From assembly GCA_050251055.1 (NCBI GenBank), contig JBFWNL010000001.1:11815-75814 (forward strand): 64,000 nucleotides of DNA. Direction: 5' to 3'. Shown piece by piece: positions 19,081-28,180 of this stretch (positions within the stretch are counted from its first letter, which is position 1; each line of letters opens with the position of its first letter). The position numbers were made by a program, and so were the translations under genes. Origin of the DNA: Bacteriovoracia bacterium. Its GTDB lineage: Bacteria > Bdellovibrionota > UBA1018 > JBFWNL01. The notes under the pieces are model-generated. The model saw only the letters and a list, made by a program, of their open reading frames with translations, was not told the origin of the DNA and searched no databases.

Positions 19081-19634
19081 ACGGGCCGGAGCCGTTTTCG
19101 TTGACAGGTGATCCACGCGTGCTCATTGGGCGAGGGGTGAAGTTCTCCGAGCTCGATCGCCTGCAAGGGAGCAAGTAAAGTCGTAGGGATTTCCACTTTA
19201 TGAATGAAGTGCGACGGAGTGGAAATTGGGTCACGCGCGTGAACCTCCAGGAGCGTGGGAACCTCGCGGCAGTAAAGATAGGCCGTGCGATGGCGCGCAA
19301 GCGACTGCTCGGTGACAGGGTGCCGGCTCCAGCCGCCGGCTTCCAGCCGCGCCAAGTATCCTTCCAGATCCAAGGTATCGATGCCAAGATGATGAAGCCC
19401 GGGCCCCCGTTTTTCGAGCGCACGGGCGTAGGGGCCCGGACCGATGGCTTGCAGGAGCAAGAGCCGACCGGTGAAGCCGGGGGGTCCCACGTAAGCTTCG
19501 CGCGTGCCTTCGCCAGGAAAATCCTCGAGGGCGCCTACCGGAAAACCCTGCTCCTGCCACCCAGCGGCGAGGTTCTTTACATCCCGCACGAGGAACGCAA
19601 CGTGATTCAGCTGGGGGCGAGAAGGGGCGGACAC
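19077..19634 (-). CDS. VOC (glyoxalase/methylmalonyl-CoA epimerase-like) protein
   Basis: LNHVAFLVRD, FPGEGTRE, KRGPGLHHLGI; GTG 19634 avoids overlap with the divergent gene. Confidence 0.8.
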   Translation of the reverse strand: MSAPSRPQLNHVAFLVRDVKNLAAGWQEQGFPVGALEDFPGEGTREAYVGPPGFTGRLLLLQAIGPGPYARALEKRGPGLHHLGIDTLDLEGYLARLEAGGWSRHPVTEQSLARHRTAYLYCREVPTLLEVHARDPISTPSHFIHKVEIPTTLLAPLQAIELGELHPSPNEHAWITCQRKRLRPV

Positions 19635-19689
19635 GACCCTCAGCTTAACATCGGCTGGCAGGAAGGGCAAAATTTGGTACAAAGAAGGA

Positions 19690-20079
19690 ATGTCGAAAAC
19701 AGTGGCGCAGGCCCGCAAGCTGCGCGCCTATTTTTTCAATGGCTGCGGCATCCTGCTCGTGGTGATTGGCGTGATCGGCCTGTTCTTGCCTCTTCTGCCG
19801 ACGACGCCGTTTTTAATTCTAGCGGCGTTTTGCTTCAAGCAGGGATCGGAGAAGTTTCACGTCTGGCTCATTGAGCATAAGTGGTTGGGCCCGCCGGTTC
19901 AAGATTGGCAACGCGGGCAGGTGATTCGGCTGCAGACTAAGATCATCGCCACGCTCACGATGCTGGCCGGTGGGGTGGGCCTCTTTGTCTACGCATCGGC
20001 GCCCGATATCGTAAAAGGTGCGTATGCCATTTTCATCGGCTGTATCCTGATTTTTATTTGGACGCGCGCGAGCAGATAG
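19690..20079 (+). CDS. YbaN/DUF454 inner-membrane protein
   Basis: GVIGLFLPLLPTTPFLILAAFCF..GS. Confidence 0.92.
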   Translation: MSKTVAQARKLRAYFFNGCGILLVVIGVIGLFLPLLPTTPFLILAAFCFKQGSEKFHVWLIEHKWLGPPVQDWQRGQVIRLQTKIIATLTMLAGGVGLFVYASAPDIVKGAYAIFIGCILIFIWTRASR

Positions 20080-20097
20080 CGCGCGCCCATTGAAAAA

Positions 20098-21477
20098 CTA
20101 TGCCGCTCCGGTGCGCGCGTGCCCGCAGACTCCTCCTAGCTTCGAGTTCGCGAAATGCCGTTTGAACCAGGGCGCCGCCGCGTGCGACACCTGCTCGATC
20201 GCGCCGGGTTCTTCAAAGAGGTGGCCGGCACCGGGAATGACGGCGAGCTGACCATCGGGGAGGCGGCCCAAGGCTTCTCGATTCAGCGCCAGGACTTCGC
20301 GGTCCAACGAGCCCACGATCAAAAGGGTAGGGGCGGTGACGCGGGTGAGGGCGTTGCGCGCCAAATCCGGTCGGCCGCCTCGCGACACGACCGCGCAGAC
20401 GTCTCGGCTCAGGGTGGAGGCCGCTACCAAGGCCGCTGCCGCGCCGGTGCTGGCGCCGAAGTACCCGATGGGCCGATTGTGGGTGCGCTCTTGTTTTTTG
20501 GCCCACCGGGTGGCTTCGACCAACCGAGCGGCCAGCTGCTCGACGTCAAAGACGTTTTCTTCCTTCGTCGCTTCGGGTTCCGTCAGTAAATCAAAGAGCA
20601 GGGTGGCGAATCCGGCGCGGTTCAGCGCGCTGGCGACGGCGCGGTTACGCGGGCTCAAACGACTGCTGCCACTGCCGTGAGCGAAAATTACGAGCCCATG
20701 GTGCCCCCGCGGGATTACCCACCACCCCGGAGTGGTTTTTCCGCGACCGATGGGTACCGGAATTTCGGAGTCCGCGCGCATCGCGTCCGCGCCGATCCCG
20801 GGCGTTTCGCCTAGTTTTTCTAAGATCTCGGTGTCGGTGACCGGGTGGAAATCGTCATAGTACTGGCCGACGGCTTCAAAATCCGGGGCTTCGTTCAGGC
20901 AGACCACCTCGTCGAAGTCGGAAGCCCGCAGCCGCATCGCCGACGCCGCCGCTCCGACGGGCACGGCGAGCAGGACATACTTGGCGCCGCAGGCACGCAC
21001 ATACTGAGCGGCCACGCGGGCGGTCACCCCCGTGGCCAAGCCATCGTCGACGAGGATGACGGTTTTACCTTGTAAAGGGGGCAAGGAGCGGCCGCCGCGG
21101 TAGTTCTCGATCTGGCGGCCGATTTCCTGGTTTTTTTCCAGTAGGATACGCTCTATGTCTCCGGTTCGGTATCCCAGGCGGCGCGAAGCGATGGGGTCGA
21201 TCCAGTAAAACCCGTCTTCCGCGATAGCCCCGATGCCGTATTCGGGTTCGTCCGGGGCGCCGATTTTTTTTACGGCAAGCACGGCCAATGGAAGTGAGAG
21301 GGCTTGGGCGACCTCGAAGGCCACCGGCACCCCACCCCGCGGCAGGGCGAGCACCCACGCGTCGATCAGATGGGGCAGACGGGAAGCGCCCGACTCATCG
21401 GGCGCTTCCAAGGCCTCGGTCAATGCGCGCGCCAAGAGACGGCCGGCCTGCGCGCGATCCTGAAATCGATGCTCCAT
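20098..21477 (-). CDS. Phosphoribosyltransferase fused to dienelactone-hydrolase-like alpha/beta hydrolase
   Basis: LPRGGVPV, VILVDDGLATG; FAHGSGSSR.SPRN, GYFGASTGAA, VSRGGRPDLA, GAGHLFEE. Confidence 0.93.
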   Translation of the reverse strand: MEHRFQDRAQAGRLLARALTEALEAPDESGASRLPHLIDAWVLALPRGGVPVAFEVAQALSLPLAVLAVKKIGAPDEPEYGIGAIAEDGFYWIDPIASRRLGYRTGDIERILLEKNQEIGRQIENYRGGRSLPPLQGKTVILVDDGLATGVTARVAAQYVRACGAKYVLLAVPVGAAASAMRLRASDFDEVVCLNEAPDFEAVGQYYDDFHPVTDTEILEKLGETPGIGADAMRADSEIPVPIGRGKTTPGWWVIPRGHHGLVIFAHGSGSSRLSPRNRAVASALNRAGFATLLFDLLTEPEATKEENVFDVEQLAARLVEATRWAKKQERTHNRPIGYFGASTGAAAALVAASTLSRDVCAVVSRGGRPDLARNALTRVTAPTLLIVGSLDREVLALNREALGRLPDGQLAVIPGAGHLFEEPGAIEQVSHAAAPWFKRHFANSKLGGVCGHARTGAA

Positions 21478-21887
21478 CAATCCTCGTCCTTCTCTCGACG
21501 GTACTTTTCCTTCAGATCCATGAATTTTTTGTTCTGCTCGGCGGTCAGGAGCTTACGGACCTCGAGCATTTTGTCGAATTTGAGTTTCATCATGTCACTT
21601 TTGACCGTCATCATGTCCCGATGGATACGGCGAAGCTCTGCGTCAGAAGCATTTTTATCAAAAGCGGATTTCATCTGCTCCTTCAGCGCGAGCTTCCGGT
21701 CATGTAAAGAATCAAATTTTGTCCGGCTGCGGTCGTGGATTTCGTCCACTTTGGCGCTCTGGGCTTCGGTTAAAGCGAGTTCCTTCTTCCATTCTCGATA
21801 ATCCGCATCGCTCCAGCCTTTATTGGCCCAAGCCGGGTTGGCGGCGATCGCCGCCACGAGCGCAAAACTTCCAAGTAACTTCTTCAT
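21477..21887 (-). CDS. Spy/CpxP-like periplasmic protein
   Basis: Signal peptide; LALTEAQ and LLTAEQ (LTXXQ) motifs. Confidence 0.85.
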   Translation of the reverse strand: MKKLLGSFALVAAIAANPAWANKGWSDADYREWKKELALTEAQSAKVDEIHDRSRTKFDSLHDRKLALKEQMKSAFDKNASDAELRRIHRDMMTVKSDMMKLKFDKMLEVRKLLTAEQNKKFMDLKEKYRREKDED

Positions 21888-21933
21888 TTTCAATTCTCCT
21901 TTTACGGAGAGATCTACAAGAGGTGTGCCAGGC

Positions 21934-22398
21934 TCAGGGAATGCGGAACTCAACGGGCTTGGATCCCCATTGGGGATCGCCCGCGCGCGCGCGCCAGCGC
22001 ACGGTCAGGCGGTAGCGGCCGGACGTAAATGAAAATGCGTGGCCACGGCTGTCGACGAGCACTTCCGCCAAGGGCAGGTTCACCGACCACTTTTCTTTCG
22101 GCGCAAGCGTGACTTCTTCGAAAGGGTGCGCGGCCTTTTCGGAGATCACTCGTACGTTAGCTTCGAGCGGCACCCAACGCATGCCGATGCGGCGTTGAAG
22201 TGCTACCTGGAAGCTGTGGCTCGCCTGCAGGACCGGGTCCGGGTAGCGCAAAAAACGCAGGGGATGGGGGGTGGAGTTCGAAATCTCGACGATAGCGGTC
22301 GGGTGTGCGGCGGGGGCGGAGGACTCCAGCGTGACCTTCAGGGTCGGTCCCGAATTCATTCCAAAAGCGGCAATGGAGATAAAAAACATCAAGCCCAC
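21934..22398 (-). CDS. Secreted Ig-like hypothetical protein
   Basis: Signal peptide; TLAPKEKWSV...GRYRLTVRW pattern. Confidence 0.6.
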   Translation of the reverse strand: MGLMFFISIAAFGMNSGPTLKVTLESSAPAAHPTAIVEISNSTPHPLRFLRYPDPVLQASHSFQVALQRRIGMRWVPLEANVRVISEKAAHPFEEVTLAPKEKWSVNLPLAEVLVDSRGHAFSFTSGRYRLTVRWRARAGDPQWGSKPVEFRIP

Positions 22399-22418
22399 GT
22401 TTCCTCTTCTATGTAATA

Positions 22419-23552
22419 ATGATGGCGATCATGGTCAATGCCATTCTCCTCGCCTTGGCGTTGCCGCTCCTGGTCGGGTGCGGCACCGTCTTCAGCCGCC
22501 CCGTTTCGCAGGTCACGTATGTGGCGGGCGTGGTGGCGGGAAATCCCGGCGAGCTTCACCTCTTTCGTTTGGACTCCTCCACGGGGGCGCTTACCGCCTT
22601 GACGGATTCACCGAAGGAAATTCAGGTAGTCAACGCCGTCACTCCCATCGTCGGGGTGAAGTCCGCCGGCAAGTTGATCGTGGTCGCGACCATGAACGCG
22701 ATCAGCGTCTACAAGTTGAATATCGAGACGGGGTTGTTTGAGGTTTCCCCGAATTCGCCGTATCGCCCCTCGGTGAATAGCAATCCGGGCTTGGCCATCG
22801 ACGCGCTTGAAACGTCAAGCGACGGGCGCTGGATCTTCGTCGGTTTTCGCGGCACCGGCGGCAACTTCAGCTTGATGACGGTCATTTCCTTCGATTCCAC
22901 GACGGGTTCTTTTTCCGAAGTCATCACCAAGGGAGTGGGCATCCAGAATAGCAACATCACGAGCCTTTGGCTGGATCCCAGCGAGCGTTTCCTGCTGGTC
23001 GGTTCGTCCGATGATCAAGGTTTCTATCCGATGTCGTTTGACGCGAGCAGCGGCTTCGCGCAGAAGTTGCAGCTCAACGCTTTTCAAGGCACCGCCATGA
23101 CGCACTTGACGGCGGCGGGGCTCCTTCCAAGCGGCGTGGTGCTGACTTTTTCCACGACCCAATTCATGCCGCTGCAGCTGTCTTCCGCAGGCGTGCTCAG
23201 CAACGCGAGCAGCGCCCTGGCGATATCGACTTCCAACGTAGCCGTGCGCTCGGATCTGAGCCAGGCGTATATCGTGAATGGCGCGGGAGATTACAGTACT
23301 TACCGCGTGAGCTCGACGACGGGCGCCTTGCAATTCATGACGACGAGTTCGGCCGGGGTTTCTTCCAGCCGCTCGCAGGCTCAGCTGGATTCCAGCGACG
23401 AGTTTCTCATCGCCACTCCCGCCAGCGGCGTAGGGTTTAAGGTGTTTCGGGTCGACGAGGTCACGGGGGGCCTGCAAGCCGTCAGCGGATCTCCGTTTGG
23501 CAACAAGGCGATGGAATATCCCCGTACCCTGCGCGGGGCCATTCGCATCTAG
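22419..23552 (+). CDS. Beta-propeller lipoprotein (lactonase-like)
   Basis: Lipobox LLVGC; repeated D.STGAL...SP blades. Confidence 0.8.
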   Translation: MMAIMVNAILLALALPLLVGCGTVFSRPVSQVTYVAGVVAGNPGELHLFRLDSSTGALTALTDSPKEIQVVNAVTPIVGVKSAGKLIVVATMNAISVYKLNIETGLFEVSPNSPYRPSVNSNPGLAIDALETSSDGRWIFVGFRGTGGNFSLMTVISFDSTTGSFSEVITKGVGIQNSNITSLWLDPSERFLLVGSSDDQGFYPMSFDASSGFAQKLQLNAFQGTAMTHLTAAGLLPSGVVLTFSTTQFMPLQLSSAGVLSNASSALAISTSNVAVRSDLSQAYIVNGAGDYSTYRVSSTTGALQFMTTSSAGVSSSRSQAQLDSSDEFLIATPASGVGFKVFRVDEVTGGLQAVSGSPFGNKAMEYPRTLRGAIRI

Positions 23553-23749
23553 TCCAAGTCGTCGATCGGCGCCTGGGGTCCGGGCCGAATGCCCACTAAG
23601 TCGGGGTCGATGCCGTCCGCCGTATTTTGGGCGCGCTCTTTCTTCAGCTCTTTGCGCAGGGTTTTTTTGGCCTGTTTTTCCTGCTTGCGCTCCTGCCGGC
23701 TCCGCTCGCGCGCGCGCTTGGCCTGGGTTGCGGGACCGGGCCTACCCAT
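23549..23749 (-). CDS. Small basic hypothetical protein
   Basis: KRARERSRQERKQEK...DPDLVGIRPGPQ; a type often seen beside RRM/cold-shock genes (from recall). Confidence 0.75.
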   Translation of the reverse strand: MGRPGPATQAKRARERSRQERKQEKQAKKTLRKELKKERAQNTADGIDPDLVGIRPGPQAPIDDLD

Positions 23750-23912
23750 GAATTCGGACTTTCGCGTTCATGCTTTTTTTGGCGGCCTCCGTCTGCGCTT
23801 TGTCGCAAGTGTGGCAGCGGAAAACTTGCTGATTTCCGTCGGGATGCCATTGTCCGTCCTGCGCGTGAACTGCGCGGCGGCAGCTATAGCAGCGAAGTTG
23901 GGTCTTGGTCAT
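23742..23912 (-). CDS. Small zinc-ribbon protein
   Basis: CYSC...CHTC in 56 aa; overlaps the next gene. Confidence 0.6.
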   Translation of the reverse strand: MTKTQLRCYSCRRAVHAQDGQWHPDGNQQVFRCHTCDKAQTEAAKKSMNAKVRIHG

Positions 23913-23931
23913 GGGACCGCCTTTCGGAATT

Positions 23932-23967
23932 AAAAAAGGCCGCCCCCGGCCGAAACCGGGGGCGGCC
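23932..23967 (-). terminator. Rho-independent terminator of the RRM gene
   Basis: GGCCGCCCCCGG/CCGGGGGCGGCC stem followed by a T-tract on the minus strand. Confidence 0.85.
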
Positions 23968-23976
23968 CGAAGTGAA

Positions 23977-24255
23977 TTAGTAGCGGGAAGGCCTACGGTC
24001 ACGCGTGACCATCGGCTGCGCTTCGTTGACCTTCAGCACGCGGCCTTCGATCTCCGAGCCGTTGAGCTGAGCGATCGCGTTGGCGGCCTCTTCGTCGGTG
24101 GACATCTCCACGAAACCAAAGCCCTTGCTACGAGAAGTTTCGCGATCAGTGATCACCGTCGTCGATTCGACTTTCCCGCATTGCGCGAAAGTGTCGTTGA
24201 GAAATTGTTCGTTGGCGGAATAAGGCAGATTGCCTACGTATAGTTTTTTACCCAT
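23977..24255 (-). CDS. RRM RNA-binding protein
   Basis: RNP2 KLYVGNL, RNP1 KGFGFVEM; AGGAGG RBS. Confidence 0.97.
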   Translation of the reverse strand: MGKKLYVGNLPYSANEQFLNDTFAQCGKVESTTVITDRETSRSKGFGFVEMSTDEEAANAIAQLNGSEIEGRVLKVNEAQPMVTRDRRPSRY

Positions 24256-24551
24256 TTGAACCTCCTAAAGGCTGGGAGCAACCAAGGAGGATAGGGGCCC
24301 TATGCCCGCAGACTCGATAGAAGCGGAATGACTAACCCGCCGAACGTAGCACGCGGACCCCCGAATAGATACGGAATTACCCAATCGCGGCTTTCCCGCA
24401 TGAAAGCATAGGATTAAGGTCGCGGCTGCCGACCGCCTGTGAACGACTGTGCGCGACACTTGGATGATTCCTAGCCATTTTCGGGGCGTTCCCGACCTGC
24501 CCGGCGTACGCTGAATGGGTGAGGGGTCGTTTTACCTGGGGTGGTAGTATT

Positions 24552-26981
24552 ATGGATCAGCTACGTGGACGTGTTCTGGCCGGGCTTTTCGCGCTCGTCG
24601 TTTTCGCCGCATATCCCGCCGAGGCGAACCAGCCTCCGCTCGATGCCAATGGCTACAGCGTGCTACTACCCGATGCTTCCTCGCGCGTCGTTTACGTCAG
24701 CCGTTCGCTGGGCTCCGATAGTAATGATGGGCTTCACCCCGTGGTGACGGGCGTGGTTGTGGCCGGGGTCCCTCAGGGGCCCAAGCGAAGCATCACGGCA
24801 GGTTACAATACCCTGAGAGACAATTTTCCCGATCAGCTGCTCCTTCGGCGGGGTGACGAGTGGGTGGCCACACCGGGCGGGGACGGCTTTCCTGGCAATT
24901 GGCAGAAATCTGGCGGAACTTCCGGCAAGTGGATGGTCATTGGCTCGTATCACGAGGCTCCCGCGAACTGCGTTCAGAACCCCGGCCACTCCAGTTGCGA
25001 GCGGCCTCTTCTGCGCACCGCGGTGGATCGGCCCTTTTTCTACTCGTACGTCCAGGAAGGGTATATCGGCTTCAAGCACGATCGCCTAGCGATTACGGGC
25101 CTTCACTTCGTCGGTTCCGGGCTCAACGGCAGCCAAGACCGCGAAGCCATTACCTTTCTCAATAACTGGAAAAACGTATTGATCGAAGACAACTTAGTCG
25201 AGAACTTCACGCGGCTCGTGCATGAGTCGTTCAATCCCGTGCGCCTGCACGTCTGTTGCGGGCCGAATCCGAACGGCAAACTCGAAAATATTTTCGTCCG
25301 CCGGAACGTCATTCATTCCACGCGCGCGCTTTGGCGAGGCGGCGGACTTTATATCGACGCAGGCCACCCCACGGGGCCCTCGGACGGATCGAGCGTACGC
25401 AACGTGTTGGTCGAGGAAAACTCGTTTGATCATTGCGGCGTGCGCACCGACAACTACGAGCAGACACCGGTGGGCGATAACGGTCAAGCTCACTGTACGT
25501 ATATCGGCTACAACGATGGCCAGGTAATCGACGCCGTATTTCGTGGAAACCTCGTGGGCTTCCCCGATGGCGGCAAATTTACCTCGGTAAACGGCATCGT
25601 GGAGAAAAACGTTTTCTTGCGCACGGCCATTGGCCTGCTCGCGTGCTGCGACACGAATACCCGCGTGAGCGGCAACTTGTATTGGGAAGGCGCCGATTAC
25701 GAGCCGGGCACTCGCCGCGGCTGGGGCTTGGAGATCGCCACCCCGGCGCCGGGACTCGTGCTCTTCGAAAACATCATCGCGCATAATCGCTACGGGACGG
25801 GGGATTCGAACTACGCGAGTCTACGCGGGATCTCCATCAATGGTTCCATGAACGGCGCCCGGATCGAGCGCAACATTGTATATAATTGGTCACGCCCAAA
25901 CCCCGAGCATCTCGAAGCCGTCACGTCTTTCATGCAAGAGTGTCGGGGAGGTTGCTCGGTGGTGAACAGTAACGTACAGTTCATTGCGAACCAGTTACAA
26001 ATGCCCGTGAGCGGAAATGTCTTTGCGGTAGATCACGCGCGCAACAACTTTCCGTCCTCCAGTAACTCGGGTACGGGAGGCATCTCGTTCAGCGGCAACA
26101 AGTACTTTGCCGTGAACGCTAATAATCCGGGTGCCGGATATAGCCGGTTCTTTCCGTATGATTCGATGAGCTGCTCGCAGTTTCTCTCCCGCACGAACGA
26201 CCTGACGGGAAGCTGCTCGTCTTCGGCTACGACCTTCCGCAACCCCGATGTGGACATTTCCACGTACTTGGGTCTACCGTTTGGCGATCCGACGGGCGTG
26301 GCGGCGTTCTTCGCCCAAGCACGCAAGCTCAATAAGCTCACTTACCAAGCCAGCGCCACTCCGCTGCGCATGGCCTCAGGCGTGCTCGCTTATGCACGCT
26401 ACTGGTATGGGTTGGATTCCGGCACGCCGCCCGCGGCGGTCGTGACGATCACCGGCCCGAGCCCGGCCGCGGTTTTCGAGGCGAACGTGGGCGCCACCGT
26501 GAGCCTCGTCTTATCGCGCACGGGCAGCACCGCGCAGGCGCTTTCGGTGAAGCTCTCGCTCTCTAGCAGCGCCGTCAACGGCACCGACTACCTGCTGCGC
26601 GATGGCGCTACCGTGCTGAGCGGGGCGAACCCCGTCGTCAGTATTCCCGCGGGAGCGGCGTCGAAGGTCCTCACCGTCGCGGCGATCAACAATACCACTT
26701 ACAGCGGCACGCGCTGGGCGAAGGCGTCGATTATTCCCGATGCGGCCTATTCGGTCGGCGGCGCGAGCAGTAAAGTCGTGGCCATTGGCGACAACGACGG
26801 CTGTCAGGCGTCGCTCGCGTTCAACGGCGCGAGCGTGAAACTGACCGGCAACGAGTTCATTCAGTTCATGAACCTCTATGCGGCGGGTAATCCGCGGGCC
26901 GACTTCGACGTGACGGGAGGCCTAACCGCCAACGACTTCAACGCGTTTCTCAACGCCTATAACCAAGGGTGTGGGCCATAA
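24552..26981 (+). CDS. Secreted right-handed beta-helix protein with Calx-beta domain and C-terminal GC-type dockerin-like tail
   Basis: Signal peptide; YVS.S.GSD.NDG, LLLRRGDEW, repeated N.I..N strands; LSRTGST...A.NGTDY Calx-beta; ADFD..GGL..NDF..FLNAY..GC tail. Confidence 0.85.
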   Translation: MDQLRGRVLAGLFALVVFAAYPAEANQPPLDANGYSVLLPDASSRVVYVSRSLGSDSNDGLHPVVTGVVVAGVPQGPKRSITAGYNTLRDNFPDQLLLRRGDEWVATPGGDGFPGNWQKSGGTSGKWMVIGSYHEAPANCVQNPGHSSCERPLLRTAVDRPFFYSYVQEGYIGFKHDRLAITGLHFVGSGLNGSQDREAITFLNNWKNVLIEDNLVENFTRLVHESFNPVRLHVCCGPNPNGKLENIFVRRNVIHSTRALWRGGGLYIDAGHPTGPSDGSSVRNVLVEENSFDHCGVRTDNYEQTPVGDNGQAHCTYIGYNDGQVIDAVFRGNLVGFPDGGKFTSVNGIVEKNVFLRTAIGLLACCDTNTRVSGNLYWEGADYEPGTRRGWGLEIATPAPGLVLFENIIAHNRYGTGDSNYASLRGISINGSMNGARIERNIVYNWSRPNPEHLEAVTSFMQECRGGCSVVNSNVQFIANQLQMPVSGNVFAVDHARNNFPSSSNSGTGGISFSGNKYFAVNANNPGAGYSRFFPYDSMSCSQFLSRTNDLTGSCSSSATTFRNPDVDISTYLGLPFGDPTGVAAFFAQARKLNKLTYQASATPLRMASGVLAYARYWYGLDSGTPPAAVVTITGPSPAAVFEANVGATVSLVLSRTGSTAQALSVKLSLSSSAVNGTDYLLRDGATVLSGANPVVSIPAGAASKVLTVAAINNTTYSGTRWAKASIIPDAAYSVGGASSKVVAIGDNDGCQASLAFNGASVKLTGNEFIQFMNLYAAGNPRADFDVTGGLTANDFNAFLNAYNQGCGP

Positions 26982-26995
26982 AGGACACACCCTTC

Positions 26996-27030
26996 AATCC
27001 TCCGCCAAGGCCCGGAATTGGCGGAGGATT
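26996..27030 (+). terminator. Stem-loop after beta-helix gene
   Basis: AATCCTCCGCCAA/TTGGCGGAGGATT perfect 13-bp stem. Confidence 0.7.
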
Positions 27031-27091
27031 CATAAAGAGTTAACCGTTTCTTCAGAGTCGCCGGTTTTTAGGGCGTAGAATAGAATCTAAG

Positions 27092-28048
27092 ATGAACGCG
27101 CTACGCAATACGATCGTCTGGATCACCCTGGGGGCAATGACCTCGGGTTGTAACGCGCTCAAGATGATCGGCAAAGCCAACAGCGGCGCCTTTTCGCGGG
27201 GAGGCTCTGCGAGTTCCACCCTTGCGCCGCCGGTTCCGATTCCCACGCCGACTGCATCGTCGGGACCGAGTACGCCGGTTGCCGTAGGATACTGTGAAAC
27301 CGCCCCTAGCGAAGGGGCTCCCTGGTTGGCGCAGCTGCTCGTGAACAACCAGCTGACTTGCACGGGCGCGCTGGTGGGGAATACGACGGCATTGTTCGCC
27401 GCCCATTGTCTGGATGGCTTGGTTCCGGCAAACCTCAAGATCGTCGTGGGGACGCCTTATTTTGATTATTCCCAAGACGGGAACGCGGTCCAGCTAGATG
27501 TTTCCAGCATCTATCTACATGAAAACTACAGCCCGATGACCTTTGAGAATGACGTTGCCCTGGTACAGCTTGACTCGCAGGTCGCCTGGAACTCTACCAC
27601 TTGTGCGGTTCGGGTTCCCACGGGCACCCAGGCAGACCTTCTGCCGGAAGCCCAAGAAGTACAGATTCCAACCCTCGCGCCACTGCCCGGAGACGTGGCA
27701 GGATTTCACCCGGAAATACGTACCATCTGGGGGATTTCGATGGGGCCCCAGGCGCTGCTGGGAATCGTCGGCGCGGGCTTCGAGCACTTGATCGGGATCG
27801 AGTACACGGATCAAACGCAGGTATTCGCGCTCGCGGGAGACGTGGCGGTAGGGTATTTCACCGACGGGCAGGGCAACTACGTTCCGGTGGCCGTGGGCGC
27901 GGTGGTGACGAACCTCACGGTCGGTGGTTTAAAGATATCGGCGGCGGCTTCGCTAGTTGATTTGAGCGATTGGTTTACCACGTACATCGACATGCCGGAG
28001 ATCCCGGCCGACTTTGTCGGTAATCCGGCGCAGGTCGCGCCCATCTAG
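27092..28048 (+). CDS. Trypsin-like (S1) lipoprotein, catalytic Ser motif degenerate
   Basis: Lipobox TSGC; CTGALV, FAAHCL, ENDVAL present; GDSGGP replaced by GDVAVG. Confidence 0.85.
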   Translation: MNALRNTIVWITLGAMTSGCNALKMIGKANSGAFSRGGSASSTLAPPVPIPTPTASSGPSTPVAVGYCETAPSEGAPWLAQLLVNNQLTCTGALVGNTTALFAAHCLDGLVPANLKIVVGTPYFDYSQDGNAVQLDVSSIYLHENYSPMTFENDVALVQLDSQVAWNSTTCAVRVPTGTQADLLPEAQEVQIPTLAPLPGDVAGFHPEIRTIWGISMGPQALLGIVGAGFEHLIGIEYTDQTQVFALAGDVAVGYFTDGQGNYVPVAVGAVVTNLTVGGLKISAAASLVDLSDWFTTYIDMPEIPADFVGNPAQVAPI

Positions 28049-28180
28049 GTCTACGGCTAGGTCCACGGCGACCTGGGTCCTCCTCTATTTCCTAAGCCTC
28101 AGAAAGCACGAGAAAGCGCGCATTCTTCCGTCCCGCACGCGGCCCGCCATTTTTCGCGCACAATTCCCTAAAATCAGGGG

